Source: a virus
Virus record (IMG/VR): IMGVR_UViG_3300017760_000001
Coordinates: 80,436-144,435 of that record
Strand: one strand, 5' to 3'
DNA: 64,000 nucleotides
Shown here: positions 47,385 to 56,524 of the stretch, in pieces
Numbering within the stretch: the first letter of the stretch is position 1
How the letters are laid out: each line of letters begins with the position of its first letter
Notes under the pieces: model-generated
The model's input: only the letters and a program-made list of their open reading frames with translations
Databases searched by the model: none
What the model was told of the DNA's origin: nothing
Translations under genes and position numbers: made by a program

Positions 47385-48865
47385 ATGTTTTCAACATGTT
47401 CCCACAAAGCAAAGATACCATCAATATTAACATAGTCTCTTTTTTGACAAAGTATTTCATGCCACTCATCTTTATTAATTGGTTGATCTGTACTCACACC
47501 ATCCATATCACTTTTTTTAAAAATTATACAATCATCACACACTATTCCTTCACTAACCATACTATCAATAACGCAGTAGTGACCACTATTAATTATTTTG
47601 CGTGTTGTTCGCTTGTCTCCCTTATTTGCTTGTAATCCTATTCCTACTACTCGATCTTTCGCTAACTTCATAATATCATTGTTTATTAAACTACTATCGC
47701 AAGCTCCAGAATAGAGATCCCATCTAGTCTTCACATAATAATCATAAAGTTTTGGGATTCTTTCCCACTGTTTTGCAAAACTAATACGTTGCGAAATATT
47801 AGAATTAATATTTACTGAGTCGGGAAGTGGAACGAACTTAACATTTGTGATATGATGAATCTGAAATTTTTTAACAATCTCTCTTTGTTCTGGTGTGTCC
47901 CATGTCTGCCAGTATATGTCACAATTTTTGAAATTAACTTTTATATTCCAAATAGTTTCCATTACGGCGGGCGTTTTCGTAGCCGAAAAATTAGGAATGT
48001 GACCATTAACCATGACTGCAATTTTATTCTTTACCTTTACATGATTGTGATGATCGATCAACCCTGGCATATTATTTCTTTGGACAATTATGTAAGGATT
48101 ATCTAGGTTATAAGAATCTTCAAAATGTTTGACAAAATCATTCAAATGTATATTTTTTTTAGCAAACCTTTTCATGAAATTATCCGACATGACTGTTTTA
48201 CTGAATAATTTTTTGTATTCAGCTAATATCATATAACGTAAGATCGTGGTTATCCAACCATCAGCATTCTGAAGTCCGTGGGCATAACCTACTACCTTTG
48301 AAAAATTTCTAGGTCTTGTCTTGATCCCCAAACTAAATCTTTTAACAAACCACAAAATCCTGTTAACCATCGATGGGTGCCAGTAAGCCCCTCTTAAAAT
48401 GCAATGACTGATCTGAATATATTGATATAGTTTATAGTTTAAATCTTCAGGATTTTTTAATATCATACCATCATGTTCTACAATAAAATGTGGTTTTTTT
48501 CTTTCTTCCACTAACTTCAAAGCTTCAATGTGAGAATAGTAAACAGCCTTTTCAGTTTGACTTATTTTTCTACAATACCAATTTTCTTTATAATCTGATA
48601 CTAAACCATTTTTTAAAGGAGCGTAACAATTGGTGGAATTTGATTTTCTTCTATATTGGGATCTGTTTGGTAATATCTCATCACCAAAATCTAAATAATT
48701 ATATCGATCTGGGGAACGATCAATATCTTTGGGAGTTATGGCATCAAAAAATTCTGTCTTGTATCCGAATCTTTTCCAACTCCTAGCAGTTTGTTTAGCA
48801 ATACTTTCTGAACTAGGAACCCCTTTATTACGTATAATAATTACTTTTGGTTTATCGGTAGTCAT
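47381..48865 (-). CDS. Two-domain GT25-like/MKTAIL-family protein, paralog of 45675-47384
   Basis: FFDAITP, VYYSHIEAL, IVEHD; IAVMVNG, WQTWDTPEQR, VKTRWD. Confidence 0.6.
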   Translation of the reverse strand: MTTDKPKVIIIRNKGVPSSESIAKQTARSWKRFGYKTEFFDAITPKDIDRSPDRYNYLDFGDEILPNRSQYRRKSNSTNCYAPLKNGLVSDYKENWYCRKISQTEKAVYYSHIEALKLVEERKKPHFIVEHDGMILKNPEDLNYKLYQYIQISHCILRGAYWHPSMVNRILWFVKRFSLGIKTRPRNFSKVVGYAHGLQNADGWITTILRYMILAEYKKLFSKTVMSDNFMKRFAKKNIHLNDFVKHFEDSYNLDNPYIIVQRNNMPGLIDHHNHVKVKNKIAVMVNGHIPNFSATKTPAVMETIWNIKVNFKNCDIYWQTWDTPEQREIVKKFQIHHITNVKFVPLPDSVNINSNISQRISFAKQWERIPKLYDYYVKTRWDLYSGACDSSLINNDIMKLAKDRVVGIGLQANKGDKRTTRKIINSGHYCVIDSMVSEGIVCDDCIIFKKSDMDGVSTDQPINKDEWHEILCQKRDYVNIDGIFALWEHVENI

Positions 48866-49814
48866 CTAGATCAAACTCAGTTCCGTGCATTTTCATTAAG
48901 TCTCGTTCGTGGTTAGTATACACTAAAACTTCAGGATCGTCAAGCAAAAAATCACATGATTTACAATAATCAGGATAATCCCCTGTGGTATGTTGATCAC
49001 GTAACTCTGTGTACTCAGGCCCATCCCAGATCTCTTTGATAGTATTCTCGGACGTATGACCCAGTACTGCCTCTTCGTCTTGTCCCAGTACTTGACAACA
49101 AGGTGCAACCGCACCAGTCTTACCATCAAGTCCACCTGCCCGAATCACAACGTCAGGTGAGAATGGACGACCACATGTCTTGGTCTTACCTTTACGTGTA
49201 TTCTGTTTTGGGTCATAGACACCAGACCAGTTGTGCATCTTCCAGATCTCGGTCTTCACCCCCAGATCATCTACCAACTTAACATACGACTCAAGTTCAT
49301 TATCTACATTGTCATTGTCGGTAATTAGATGGTAGGTCGCCACAACACAATCAGAACCAGTCTCTTCTACATACTCTTGCATCTCACGTATGTTCTTGGT
49401 GATCAGGTCGAAGTTACCGCCTACGGTATTGTGCATCCATTCGTTATACTTCTCCTTGTTGTATCCAATAAAAGAGAAACGATAGAAGTCTAGACCAGCG
49501 TCTACACACTTCTTCATGAAGTCGCCTTCCATACGGAAACCGTTAGAGAACATGAAACACTTGGCGCCATACTTCTTAACGATCTTAATGTACTCAGGTA
49601 GGTTACGATTCAGTGTAGGTTCACCACTCCCCTCTAGATTGACAACACGTAATCCATGTTGAGCGCAATCACGAACATTGTCTTCAAACTCTAACAAGTT
49701 CATCTTGCGTAGGAAACGTTTGTCTCTACCACCAGTACGCACGTCCTGTGGACACATCGTACAAGAGTAGTTACACCCTCCATTGATTTCGATTACCGCT
49801 CTATCTATATTCAT
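48852..49814 (-). CDS. Radical SAM protein with SPASM/twitch domain
   Basis: CNYSCTMC, GEPTL, C-terminal C..PF...PCC...C..C. Confidence 0.9.
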   Translation of the reverse strand: MNIDRAVIEINGGCNYSCTMCPQDVRTGGRDKRFLRKMNLLEFEDNVRDCAQHGLRVVNLEGSGEPTLNRNLPEYIKIVKKYGAKCFMFSNGFRMEGDFMKKCVDAGLDFYRFSFIGYNKEKYNEWMHNTVGGNFDLITKNIREMQEYVEETGSDCVVATYHLITDNDNVDNELESYVKLVDDLGVKTEIWKMHNWSGVYDPKQNTRKGKTKTCGRPFSPDVVIRAGGLDGKTGAVAPCCQVLGQDEEAVLGHTSENTIKEIWDGPEYTELRDQHTTGDYPDYCKSCDFLLDDPEVLVYTNHERDLMKMHGTEFDLDDYR

Positions 49815-50791
49815 TTTTTCTTTTTCTTCCTTTTTGGAAGCTCTCTGTGATCTTTGTCTAAAAGTGTAGGGCCTTTCTTAGGTTTTCTCCAGAATGAAAT
49901 CATGTGTGACAGAGATTTAAATTTACGGAAACCTTTCACCATTTTTTTATTTTGCATACTTAGTTTTTTTGTTTCACCTAAAAAATTCGCTAAATTCTTT
50001 TGGGTTTCAACAGTCTTCCAAATATTAGGATTTTTTCTATAAGAATGACTAAGTATCGCACATACACTATTAGGTGTATGATATTTAGTTATGGGCGATG
50101 ATGAGACAATAGACATAGGAATACAAAGGTTTCTAGCTACGTAGTGCCACATACCATCGTAACTTAGACTTAGTCTACATGTTTGTAAGTGAAACATCGC
50201 TTCTCTTATTGGTGTTCTGTAAGTAAGTTCAACTACGTGTAATCCCGCTTGGCGGAGTTTAGTTATTATAACATCCCAATCACTATTTGTCAACTTTCTT
50301 TTCCAACTTCTTGCAATTTCAGCGTTATGTAAAGGTCTCCATATAACAACCTTATTATTAATATATTTTGTTTTAACTAACTTCAGATCAATATATTTCT
50401 TATTAGAAGTAAGATCGAGATCAAACGCCCATAAATTTGGTGGAGGTTTCGCATCATTGTGATAGAAATGATTCTCAAATTCATATCGGTTCTTATCTTT
50501 TATTTCGAGTAACTCTTTTTCATAATAAAAATCGCCCCGATGATTAAATTCATGAGAAATGGTCACTTGATCTCTGTGTAGATAGAATTTGTGGATGTAT
50601 TGCATTCTATCCACGATAGTCTCTTCTTCTTCGAAGTGATGCAAGTAGTCAACATCGTGATCCCAATGCATTATAAGTTTTATTTTATATCCTGTATGCC
50701 ACGCATAATGATGGGCGCAATTAAGCGCCATCATACAATCACCTAATCCAATGGTTCCACGCCATTTGACCGTCAGGGTTTTTTGTCCCAT
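49811..50791 (-). CDS. Putative GT-B glycosyltransferase (GT9-like)
   Basis: GTIGLGDCM N-terminal loop; SYDGMWHYVA..L..P donor-binding-like motif. Confidence 0.5.
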   Translation of the reverse strand: MGQKTLTVKWRGTIGLGDCMMALNCAHHYAWHTGYKIKLIMHWDHDVDYLHHFEEEETIVDRMQYIHKFYLHRDQVTISHEFNHRGDFYYEKELLEIKDKNRYEFENHFYHNDAKPPPNLWAFDLDLTSNKKYIDLKLVKTKYINNKVVIWRPLHNAEIARSWKRKLTNSDWDVIITKLRQAGLHVVELTYRTPIREAMFHLQTCRLSLSYDGMWHYVARNLCIPMSIVSSSPITKYHTPNSVCAILSHSYRKNPNIWKTVETQKNLANFLGETKKLSMQNKKMVKGFRKFKSLSHMISFWRKPKKGPTLLDKDHRELPKRKKKKK

Positions 50792-50794
50792 CTA

Positions 50795-51124
50795 TTACTT
50801 TTTCTTACCGAAGTTTTGCGTACCAAAGAATGCAGCAACGATACCAGCAACAGCAACAAAGTATGTTGGAGCCATGTCACCTAGTGTTTTTTGTGCTTGA
50901 TCTAGACCAATCAAAGATGCGGTCACTACTGCGAATGGATATAACAACAATCCACCTAGAGCAAACCACGTCATGTTGCGTTGTGCATCACGCATAGCAT
51001 CTGCATCCTCTAGTTCTTTACGTTTGAACTCTAGATACAGTCTTTCTTCTTCTTCGCTTACCTTTCCGTCACCGTTTGAATCGGCAGGATGAAACATAGT
51101 TTCTTTCTTTTCTTCTTCGCTCAT
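50795..51124 (-). CDS. EF-hand-like, two-TM membrane protein (holin-like candidate)
   Basis: DSNGDGKVSEEE loop, two hydrophobic segments, basic C-terminus. Confidence 0.55.
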   Translation of the reverse strand: MSEEEKKETMFHPADSNGDGKVSEEEERLYLEFKRKELEDADAMRDAQRNMTWFALGGLLLYPFAVVTASLIGLDQAQKTLGDMAPTYFVAVAGIVAAFFGTQNFGKKK

Positions 51125-52549
51125 TTAAAATACCTTTACTTTATATTTTTGTTCCCACAACCTAGCATCATGTTCGTTATTCACCATAGGTCGTCCCCTA
51201 ATGTTGAGACTAGTATTTAGTAACATCGGAACTCCTGTTCTTTCGTAGTACTCTTCAATCACTTTGCGAAATACAGACTGACAGTCTTTCTTCACTATCT
51301 GTACTCGTGCGGTTCCGTCTACATGCGTGACAGACTTGTAGTCGTGGAGTGCCTTAGATGTGTACTGCATGTATTCATTCATAGGCCCTTCAAAGTATTG
51401 ATCTGCATACTCTTCTAAAATAGCAGGGGCGAATGGACGATACTTCTGTCTCTGTTTGATAGTGTTCACAGTATCCTTTACATCATAACGAACATCTGCG
51501 ATTAGAGATCGGTTACCTAACGCACGAGGCCCAAACTCTGCCCTACCGTTCGCCAGACCGCATACTTTGTGTTCTAAGAGGTGATCGACTACTTCCTTGG
51601 GGTTTACTTCTCGATCAATATTATAACCAAGGTAAGGAGTCCATATGAGTTGATCTTTTCCTGTATGTTGACTCCATGAATGAGCTGCACATCCTAACGA
51701 AGAACCAGCATCTGTAGGCGATACTGCAATATGTACCTCATCGAATAGTTCAGGCAGTCTTGAATTGATAACAACATTCTGGGCGCATCCTCCAGAGTAG
51801 ACGAGTTTACTACCGTGTTTACGTGCCTCTTTCATGATATCCATTATCGCATACTCAGCGAATGATTGGACACTGGCCGCAATAACAGCGTGTTCAACGC
51901 CAGATTCAACTAACTCGTCTAGGTATCGAGTCATGTACATACGATCTTCGTCAGGTTGTTCGATTCTACCATCTATGATTAATCCCGCTTCTACATTTGG
52001 ATTAATGAGTGGAAAGTCGTCATACCATTTTTTGATATTATTGACAATAGTCTGATCGGGATCTGCATAGGAACTTAAACCCATAACGACATACTCGTCT
52101 TCAAGTGGTCTAAGACCCAATGCTTTAGTACAATCCGTATACACCAATCCCACGGATTTAGGGTAGTGATATTCTCGTATGACTTTGAAGTTGTTGTCTA
52201 GAATAAGAGCGCATTGATGTTCACCGATGCCATCAATAGATACCATGACCGTGGACTCTCGGTCTTTCCAAGGACGAGTATAGAATGCGCCTGCACAATG
52301 TGAGACGTGGTGGGAGTAATATTTATCAGTAGGTGGTTGAAGAGGTGATTCTCTTCCCGACTCTTCATAGAAAGAAAGGTGGTCGGTGTCTTTTTTGTAT
52401 TCCCATAAGGAAGAAGGTATTATAGGATCGTTCTTCCGTCCACTAAACCTTTCTGCATGTGATGCAAACTCTACCACACCATCTTCATTGATGATCGATA
52501 AAGCTGCATCATGATAACCATGAGAATATCCTGTAAATCGCTTAGGCAC
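51125..52549 (-). CDS. O-carbamoyltransferase (NodU/CmcH family)
   Basis: GYHDAA, ERFSG.KND, HHVSH, IDGIGE, GGCAQNV, EFGPRALGNRS, RPFAP, HVDGTARVQ, LLNTSLN. Confidence 0.93.
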   Translation of the reverse strand: MPKRFTGYSHGYHDAALSIINEDGVVEFASHAERFSGRKNDPIIPSSLWEYKKDTDHLSFYEESGRESPLQPPTDKYYSHHVSHCAGAFYTRPWKDRESTVMVSIDGIGEHQCALILDNNFKVIREYHYPKSVGLVYTDCTKALGLRPLEDEYVVMGLSSYADPDQTIVNNIKKWYDDFPLINPNVEAGLIIDGRIEQPDEDRMYMTRYLDELVESGVEHAVIAASVQSFAEYAIMDIMKEARKHGSKLVYSGGCAQNVVINSRLPELFDEVHIAVSPTDAGSSLGCAAHSWSQHTGKDQLIWTPYLGYNIDREVNPKEVVDHLLEHKVCGLANGRAEFGPRALGNRSLIADVRYDVKDTVNTIKQRQKYRPFAPAILEEYADQYFEGPMNEYMQYTSKALHDYKSVTHVDGTARVQIVKKDCQSVFRKVIEEYYERTGVPMLLNTSLNIRGRPMVNNEHDARLWEQKYKVKVF

Positions 52550-53131
52550 TTAGCCCTCCAAATAGTTGTAGACCTCCTTCCAGTCTTTCATTAGAGGGAA
52601 ATCTTTGTTGTCCATGTTATAGGCATGTTCTATTAGTATACTATCTAGACCTAATTTATCACCGACTTCTGCGTTCTCAACCTTGTCTTCAATCCAGACG
52701 AAGTTGCTGTCACGGTAAGGTTCTAACGCCTCGTCCTTGTCAGCACCAGTGTCAAGACAAACAACTTTCTCAAACGCAGTCTCACCGAACAACTTCGCAA
52801 GGTTTTGTTCTCTCAACTTGGCGGCATGAGGGTCAAGACTTAGACTAGTGATCGCATGAAACACGTAACCATGTTCTTCATGCAGTTTGCGAACGTAGTG
52901 TATCGCATCACGCAACGGTGGTAGGAAACCGATCGAAGCGCTCTCATTAAAGTGACGAACCATCTTCTTACTTTCGGCTCGTTCCATATCAAATATTTTA
53001 TCAACATTGTAGACATCAGGGTCTTTTACATCGTAACCCTTTTGTTCCATCCAAACTTTAAAGGCGTAACCCCAGTTCAAAAGGACACCGTCTACATCGG
53101 TCAAGATTATTCTTTCGTGGTCATTTCTCAT
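52550..53131 (-). CDS. HAD-family 5'-nucleotidase-like protein (T4 gp30.2-like)
   Basis: ILTDVDGVLLNW, WIEDKVENA. Confidence 0.8.
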   Translation of the reverse strand: MRNDHERIILTDVDGVLLNWGYAFKVWMEQKGYDVKDPDVYNVDKIFDMERAESKKMVRHFNESASIGFLPPLRDAIHYVRKLHEEHGYVFHAITSLSLDPHAAKLREQNLAKLFGETAFEKVVCLDTGADKDEALEPYRDSNFVWIEDKVENAEVGDKLGLDSILIEHAYNMDNKDFPLMKDWKEVYNYLEG

Positions 53132-53155
53132 TTATTCTCCTTAGTTAACATATGT

Positions 53156-53184
53156 ATTATATGTCATTGGGCATAAAAAGTCAA
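53156..53184 (-). promoter_or_regulatory. Early promoter with TGCCCA spacer box
   Basis: TTGACT-ttttaTGCCCAatgaca-TATAAT. Confidence 0.8.
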
Positions 53185-53190
53185 GCGTTT

Positions 53191-54057
53191 TTACCAACCT
53201 TCTTGAAATATTGGAAACTTATCATCATAAAAGAAATCAACCATAGTTGTTTTTTGAGAACCGCCAGTATAGTGCAAAAACTTACTGTGACCAGTGCTGA
53301 TAGCAGTTTCGTGAGTAAGTTCACCTCTATAATGTATTGGCGTATCGTTCCAACTTTGATCTATAGATTCAATATCGAAATTATGTTTTGTTAACTGTGA
53401 GGATATGAATGGTTGATCGTTTGTGATAGACATAGTATGAACTTTTGTGTCTTTTCCTAACATTTTAGGATAACACCAAGGTTGCCAATCGTCAAATACT
53501 TTTCTAGCTTTTAGTCTCGCTTCTTTAGTCCAGACAACGACTCCAGTATTCATAATTGTAAGTTTAGAATCGAACTTCTTACCAACACCCAAACTCGGTA
53601 CAATAGGACAATCATGCATTTCAAATTTTTCGAGATAATCGGACAGTATTTTTTCGTCATAGTCCCACGCATTATAACCACCTTTGCTTACTCGAATATC
53701 ACTCTCTAGTACACCGTAGACTTCCGCATCGGATACATCGAAGATATTTTCTTTGGTGTTTACGACAATGTCCGCATCAGCAAACAAAACCTTGTCGAAC
53801 TGGTCAAAGTAAGGATCGTATACGACTCTAAGACATTCGAATAGAGTAGAAAGGGCGCAACCATGTCCTTCAGTAAATACCCTTTCATCCGAGAACATAT
53901 ACTCGCAACCAATCTCTTCAGCATAAATTTCGAATGATTCACGTGATATTGAGGCTACTTCTTGATATAAACTAGAACGATTTCTACCATCTACATCTCC
54001 ACGTTTATCTACTTGGTCATTTACTACCATGTACTGAAATATTATATTCTTGCTCAT
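53191..54057 (-). CDS. GT-A fold glycosyltransferase (GT8/GT34-like)
   Basis: FDKVLFADADIVV, MNTGVVVW, NDQPFI, FLHYTG; start moved to MSKNIIFQY. Confidence 0.8.
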   Translation of the reverse strand: MSKNIIFQYMVVNDQVDKRGDVDGRNRSSLYQEVASISRESFEIYAEEIGCEYMFSDERVFTEGHGCALSTLFECLRVVYDPYFDQFDKVLFADADIVVNTKENIFDVSDAEVYGVLESDIRVSKGGYNAWDYDEKILSDYLEKFEMHDCPIVPSLGVGKKFDSKLTIMNTGVVVWTKEARLKARKVFDDWQPWCYPKMLGKDTKVHTMSITNDQPFISSQLTKHNFDIESIDQSWNDTPIHYRGELTHETAISTGHSKFLHYTGGSQKTTMVDFFYDDKFPIFQEGW

Positions 54058-54175
54058 TATATGCTCTCTGATCACTCTCAACAGATTTTATTCTGTGTAT
54101 CTTACCCTGTTTAGAGGATTGTTTATGTTTGTTTCGCTTCTTGTTTTTGGGATCGTGACGTGTATACTTTGCCAT
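54017..54175 (-). CDS. Small basic hypothetical protein (52 aa)
   Basis: MAKYTRHDPKNKKRNKHK...; fills the gap after the endolysin. Confidence 0.55.
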   Translation of the reverse strand: MAKYTRHDPKNKKRNKHKQSSKQGKIHRIKSVESDQRAYNEQEYNISVHGSK

Positions 54176-54180
54176 GACTA

Positions 54181-54648
54181 CTATTCCGTTATCAGACCAA
54201 CTTTATATGCGGTCTTACCATTCTCTTTAAGGGCGGTTAACACAGACTTACGGTTCGAATCGGGGTCTACGTAGGACACATGTACCCAACCACTGTCAGG
54301 AATACCTACAGTATAGAACTCAAGAATCAGTTGGTCGAAACTTAGATTCTCACGAATCCACTCTGCGACTTCTGCATTGGGTACGCCTGGCACTTCGATA
54401 TCGACTGCCTCGCCCTTACAGTGTTGACTTCTAGATGATCCACCGACTGCCTTGTTTAACTCAGCGCCACGGTAACCAGAGTTGATTACAGTTGGGCCGA
54501 AGTGTTCACGAACAGGTTGAACAACATAGTCGAACAACATCTGTGCAGCTTCTAGATGTTCTTCGTTAGGATTGTTATCCAGACCCAGACGGAGTGCCGT
54601 TTGTGATTTGGTAAATTCTGCTAACGTAAAGTTTTTTGATAGTCTCAT
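54181..54648 (-). CDS. Peptidase M15A (D-Ala-D-Ala carboxypeptidase-like) endolysin
   Basis: LSKNFTLAEF, INSGYR..LN..VGG..SQH..GEAVD, WVHVS. Confidence 0.9.
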   Translation of the reverse strand: MRLSKNFTLAEFTKSQTALRLGLDNNPNEEHLEAAQMLFDYVVQPVREHFGPTVINSGYRGAELNKAVGGSSRSQHCKGEAVDIEVPGVPNAEVAEWIRENLSFDQLILEFYTVGIPDSGWVHVSYVDPDSNRKSVLTALKENGKTAYKVGLITE

Positions 54649-55340
54649 TAGTTTATCTCTAACATTTCTTTGGTCATTATATAGTCACGCACGAAGTCAG
54701 ATCTAACAATGTCTGCCCATGTAAACGTAACTACGCTAAACTTAGTCATATGTTCAATGATCTTCAGGAACTTACCGAACCCATTCTTATCCGACTCTTT
54801 GGTAAAGTCTGACTGGAGATAGTCTCCACAGAAAATGATTCTACAGTTCTGTCCAATCCTAGTGATAACAGAATCCAGTTCGTGGAATGTGAGGTTCTGC
54901 ATCTCATCCACAATGATTACTGCATCATTGAACGTTGTCCCTCTTATATAGGACGTAGATAAGAACTCAACGGCATCTTGTTCAACTAACTTGTCATATG
55001 CCTTTGTGTCTTGAAATAGTTCGGTACAGATCGCACGGTATGGGCCACTATATGGTTCCATCTTTTCTTCCATTGAACCAGGCAAGAATCCAATCTCACG
55101 TGTGGGTACAATGGATCGTGTGATCACGACCTTTTCTAATTGATTGCCTTTATCCAGAACTTGTTCTAACCCCAGATAAAAGGCAGAGAATGTTTTACCT
55201 GTACCAGCTGAACCTGTCAGTACAAGATGGTTGTCTTCGTTCCACGCCTTGTAAACTTTCTCTTGGTTTTCGGTTAGTGGTTCGAATGTATGTAGGTCAT
55301 CTATTCTCAGTTTGAGAGGGGAGGTTTTATCTTTTCTCAT
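54648..55340 (-). CDS. phoH: PhoH-family ATPase
   Basis: GSAGTGKT, IGFLPG, YIRGTTF, IVDEMQN, IIFCGD.LQ, DIVRS. Confidence 0.93.
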   Translation of the reverse strand: MRKDKTSPLKLRIDDLHTFEPLTENQEKVYKAWNEDNHLVLTGSAGTGKTFSAFYLGLEQVLDKGNQLEKVVITRSIVPTREIGFLPGSMEEKMEPYSGPYRAICTELFQDTKAYDKLVEQDAVEFLSTSYIRGTTFNDAVIIVDEMQNLTFHELDSVITRIGQNCRIIFCGDYLQSDFTKESDKNGFGKFLKIIEHMTKFSVVTFTWADIVRSDFVRDYIMTKEMLEIN

Positions 55341-55570
55341 GTCTTGATGGTAGCGTCCTTACCAGAACCTTTCTTCATTCTATTCAGATGGTCGTTCCAT
55401 TCTGATCCCGCCATGGCATGAGCAGACTTGCCGCCCGAAATAAGTTCGGGTGCATGAATGATGTTTTTTAGATGTGGGTTTTCTTCACGGAACGTATCCA
55501 GTTCGGATATCTTCATGAATTTATCGAACACTTCGCCAGTGTTCTCGTCTTTAAAAGTATATGTAGGCAT
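55337..55570 (-). CDS. FmdB-like small protein (Cys-less)
   Basis: MPTYTFKDENTGEVF N-terminus; adjacent to phoH. Confidence 0.6.
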   Translation of the reverse strand: MPTYTFKDENTGEVFDKFMKISELDTFREENPHLKNIIHAPELISGGKSAHAMAGSEWNDHLNRMKKGSGKDATIKT

Positions 55571-55597
55571 AATATTCCATTCTTAATTAAGTAACGA

Positions 55598-55618
55598 AGT
55601 GGGGAACAAGTCCCCACT
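55598..55618. other. Intergenic hairpin AGTGGGGA-acaag-TCCCCACT (terminator or processing site)
   Basis: Perfect 8-bp inverted repeat; weak U tract. Confidence 0.5.
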
Positions 55619-55640
55619 ACGAGATACTTGATCACCTTCC

Positions 55641-55802
55641 TTATCGAGTAGAGGTACAATCCTCAATTGTTTGATTTAAGAAATTCTCTTTCACCATCAA
55701 GCGGTGTGCTTTTCCATCTAGACCCTTTTTCTGCAGCCTTCGAATCTGGTGAGTGAGTTCTCTCTGGTCTTTCTTTAATCTTTCGATTTGGTTTCTCGAC
55801 AT
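55641..55802 (-). CDS. Small hypothetical protein (53 aa)
   Basis: MSRNQIERLKKDQRELTHQIRRLQKKG...; SD AGGAG. Confidence 0.6.
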   Translation of the reverse strand: MSRNQIERLKKDQRELTHQIRRLQKKGLDGKAHRLMVKENFLNQTIEDCTSTR

Positions 55803-55832
55803 AATACTCCTTATGATTATTATTATAGGAAC

Positions 55833-56258
55833 TTAACTGGTTATTAATTTAGGAAATGCCTCCTGTACAAGTTTCTTGGTTAAAAATTTCACAGGAGATT
55901 TTTTCTCCACCATTGACAATACGAGTTCCGCATCTGCTGGATGAATTGATTCCAACATCTCGACAAACTTTCGTTCTCTTTTCCATGCGGGCGTAGAATC
56001 CGCCACCGCACCTTTCACAAAGTAACCGAAGTCTCGGTGTTTTTTGTGCAGAGATGATGGGACAGATTCAGGTAAATTTGGGGTGTAAGGTGGACGACCT
56101 TTAGGTAGGTTAAATTCCAAAGCATCATCGAATGTGCCTCGGAGTATGTCCAATAGTGCATTTACATCAGAGTACTTCAACAGTACCTCTTTTCTTTTTG
56201 CTTTGTTAGTTGCTTTTTCAAACTCTTCGAGTATCTCGAAAACTTCTCGTTTATACAT
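55833..56258 (-). CDS. Conserved T4-like hypothetical protein
   Basis: LPKGRPPY, KRERKFVEMLESIHPADAEL; late promoter at 56280-56287. Confidence 0.7.
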   Translation of the reverse strand: MYKREVFEILEEFEKATNKAKRKEVLLKYSDVNALLDILRGTFDDALEFNLPKGRPPYTPNLPESVPSSLHKKHRDFGYFVKGAVADSTPAWKRERKFVEMLESIHPADAELVLSMVEKKSPVKFLTKKLVQEAFPKLITS

Positions 56259-56291
56259 AGTTTACTTCTCATTCACAGTTATTTATAAAAT

Positions 56292-56348
56292 GGGTGACTT
56301 TTAGTCTTCATAACAATATATAGTAATCTTCGCAAACTAAAGTCACCC
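56292..56348 (-). other. Long hairpin downstream of the YRG peptide
   Basis: GGGTGACTTTAGT...ACTAAAAGTCACCC inverted repeat followed by ATTTT. Confidence 0.55.
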
Positions 56349-56357
56349 TCGTTAAAC

Positions 56358-56441
56358 TTACTTAGACGATTTCTTAACGCCTGAAGTTGCTTTAACTTGT
56401 TTGGTGTATGTTACACCTCTGTAAGTTAGTTCGTAACTCAT
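56358..56441 (-). CDS. 27-aa peptide with LTYRGV.Y motif (DUF4278-like)
   Basis: MSYELTYRGVTYTKQVKATSGVKKSSK, SD AGGAG. Confidence 0.65.
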   Translation of the reverse strand: MSYELTYRGVTYTKQVKATSGVKKSSK

Positions 56442-56448
56442 CGCATTT

Positions 56449-56515
56449 CTCCTATTCGGATTATACGATTCTTTTAACGCATGAACCAATGCGGATCATT
56501 AAAGCAGATCAATCT
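56449..56515 (-). ncRNA. Candidate structured 5' leader RNA (pseudoknot)
   Basis: CGCAU-UGGUUC-AUGCG stem whose loop can pair with downstream GAAUC; late promoter at 56522-56529. Confidence 0.4.
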
Positions 56516-56524
56516 TGTAATTAT

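Noticed and set aside
56290-56520. tRNA or CRISPR array in the intergenic space
   Set aside because: No cloverleaf or T-loop consensus and no regularly spaced repeats; the space is explained by a peptide and hairpins.
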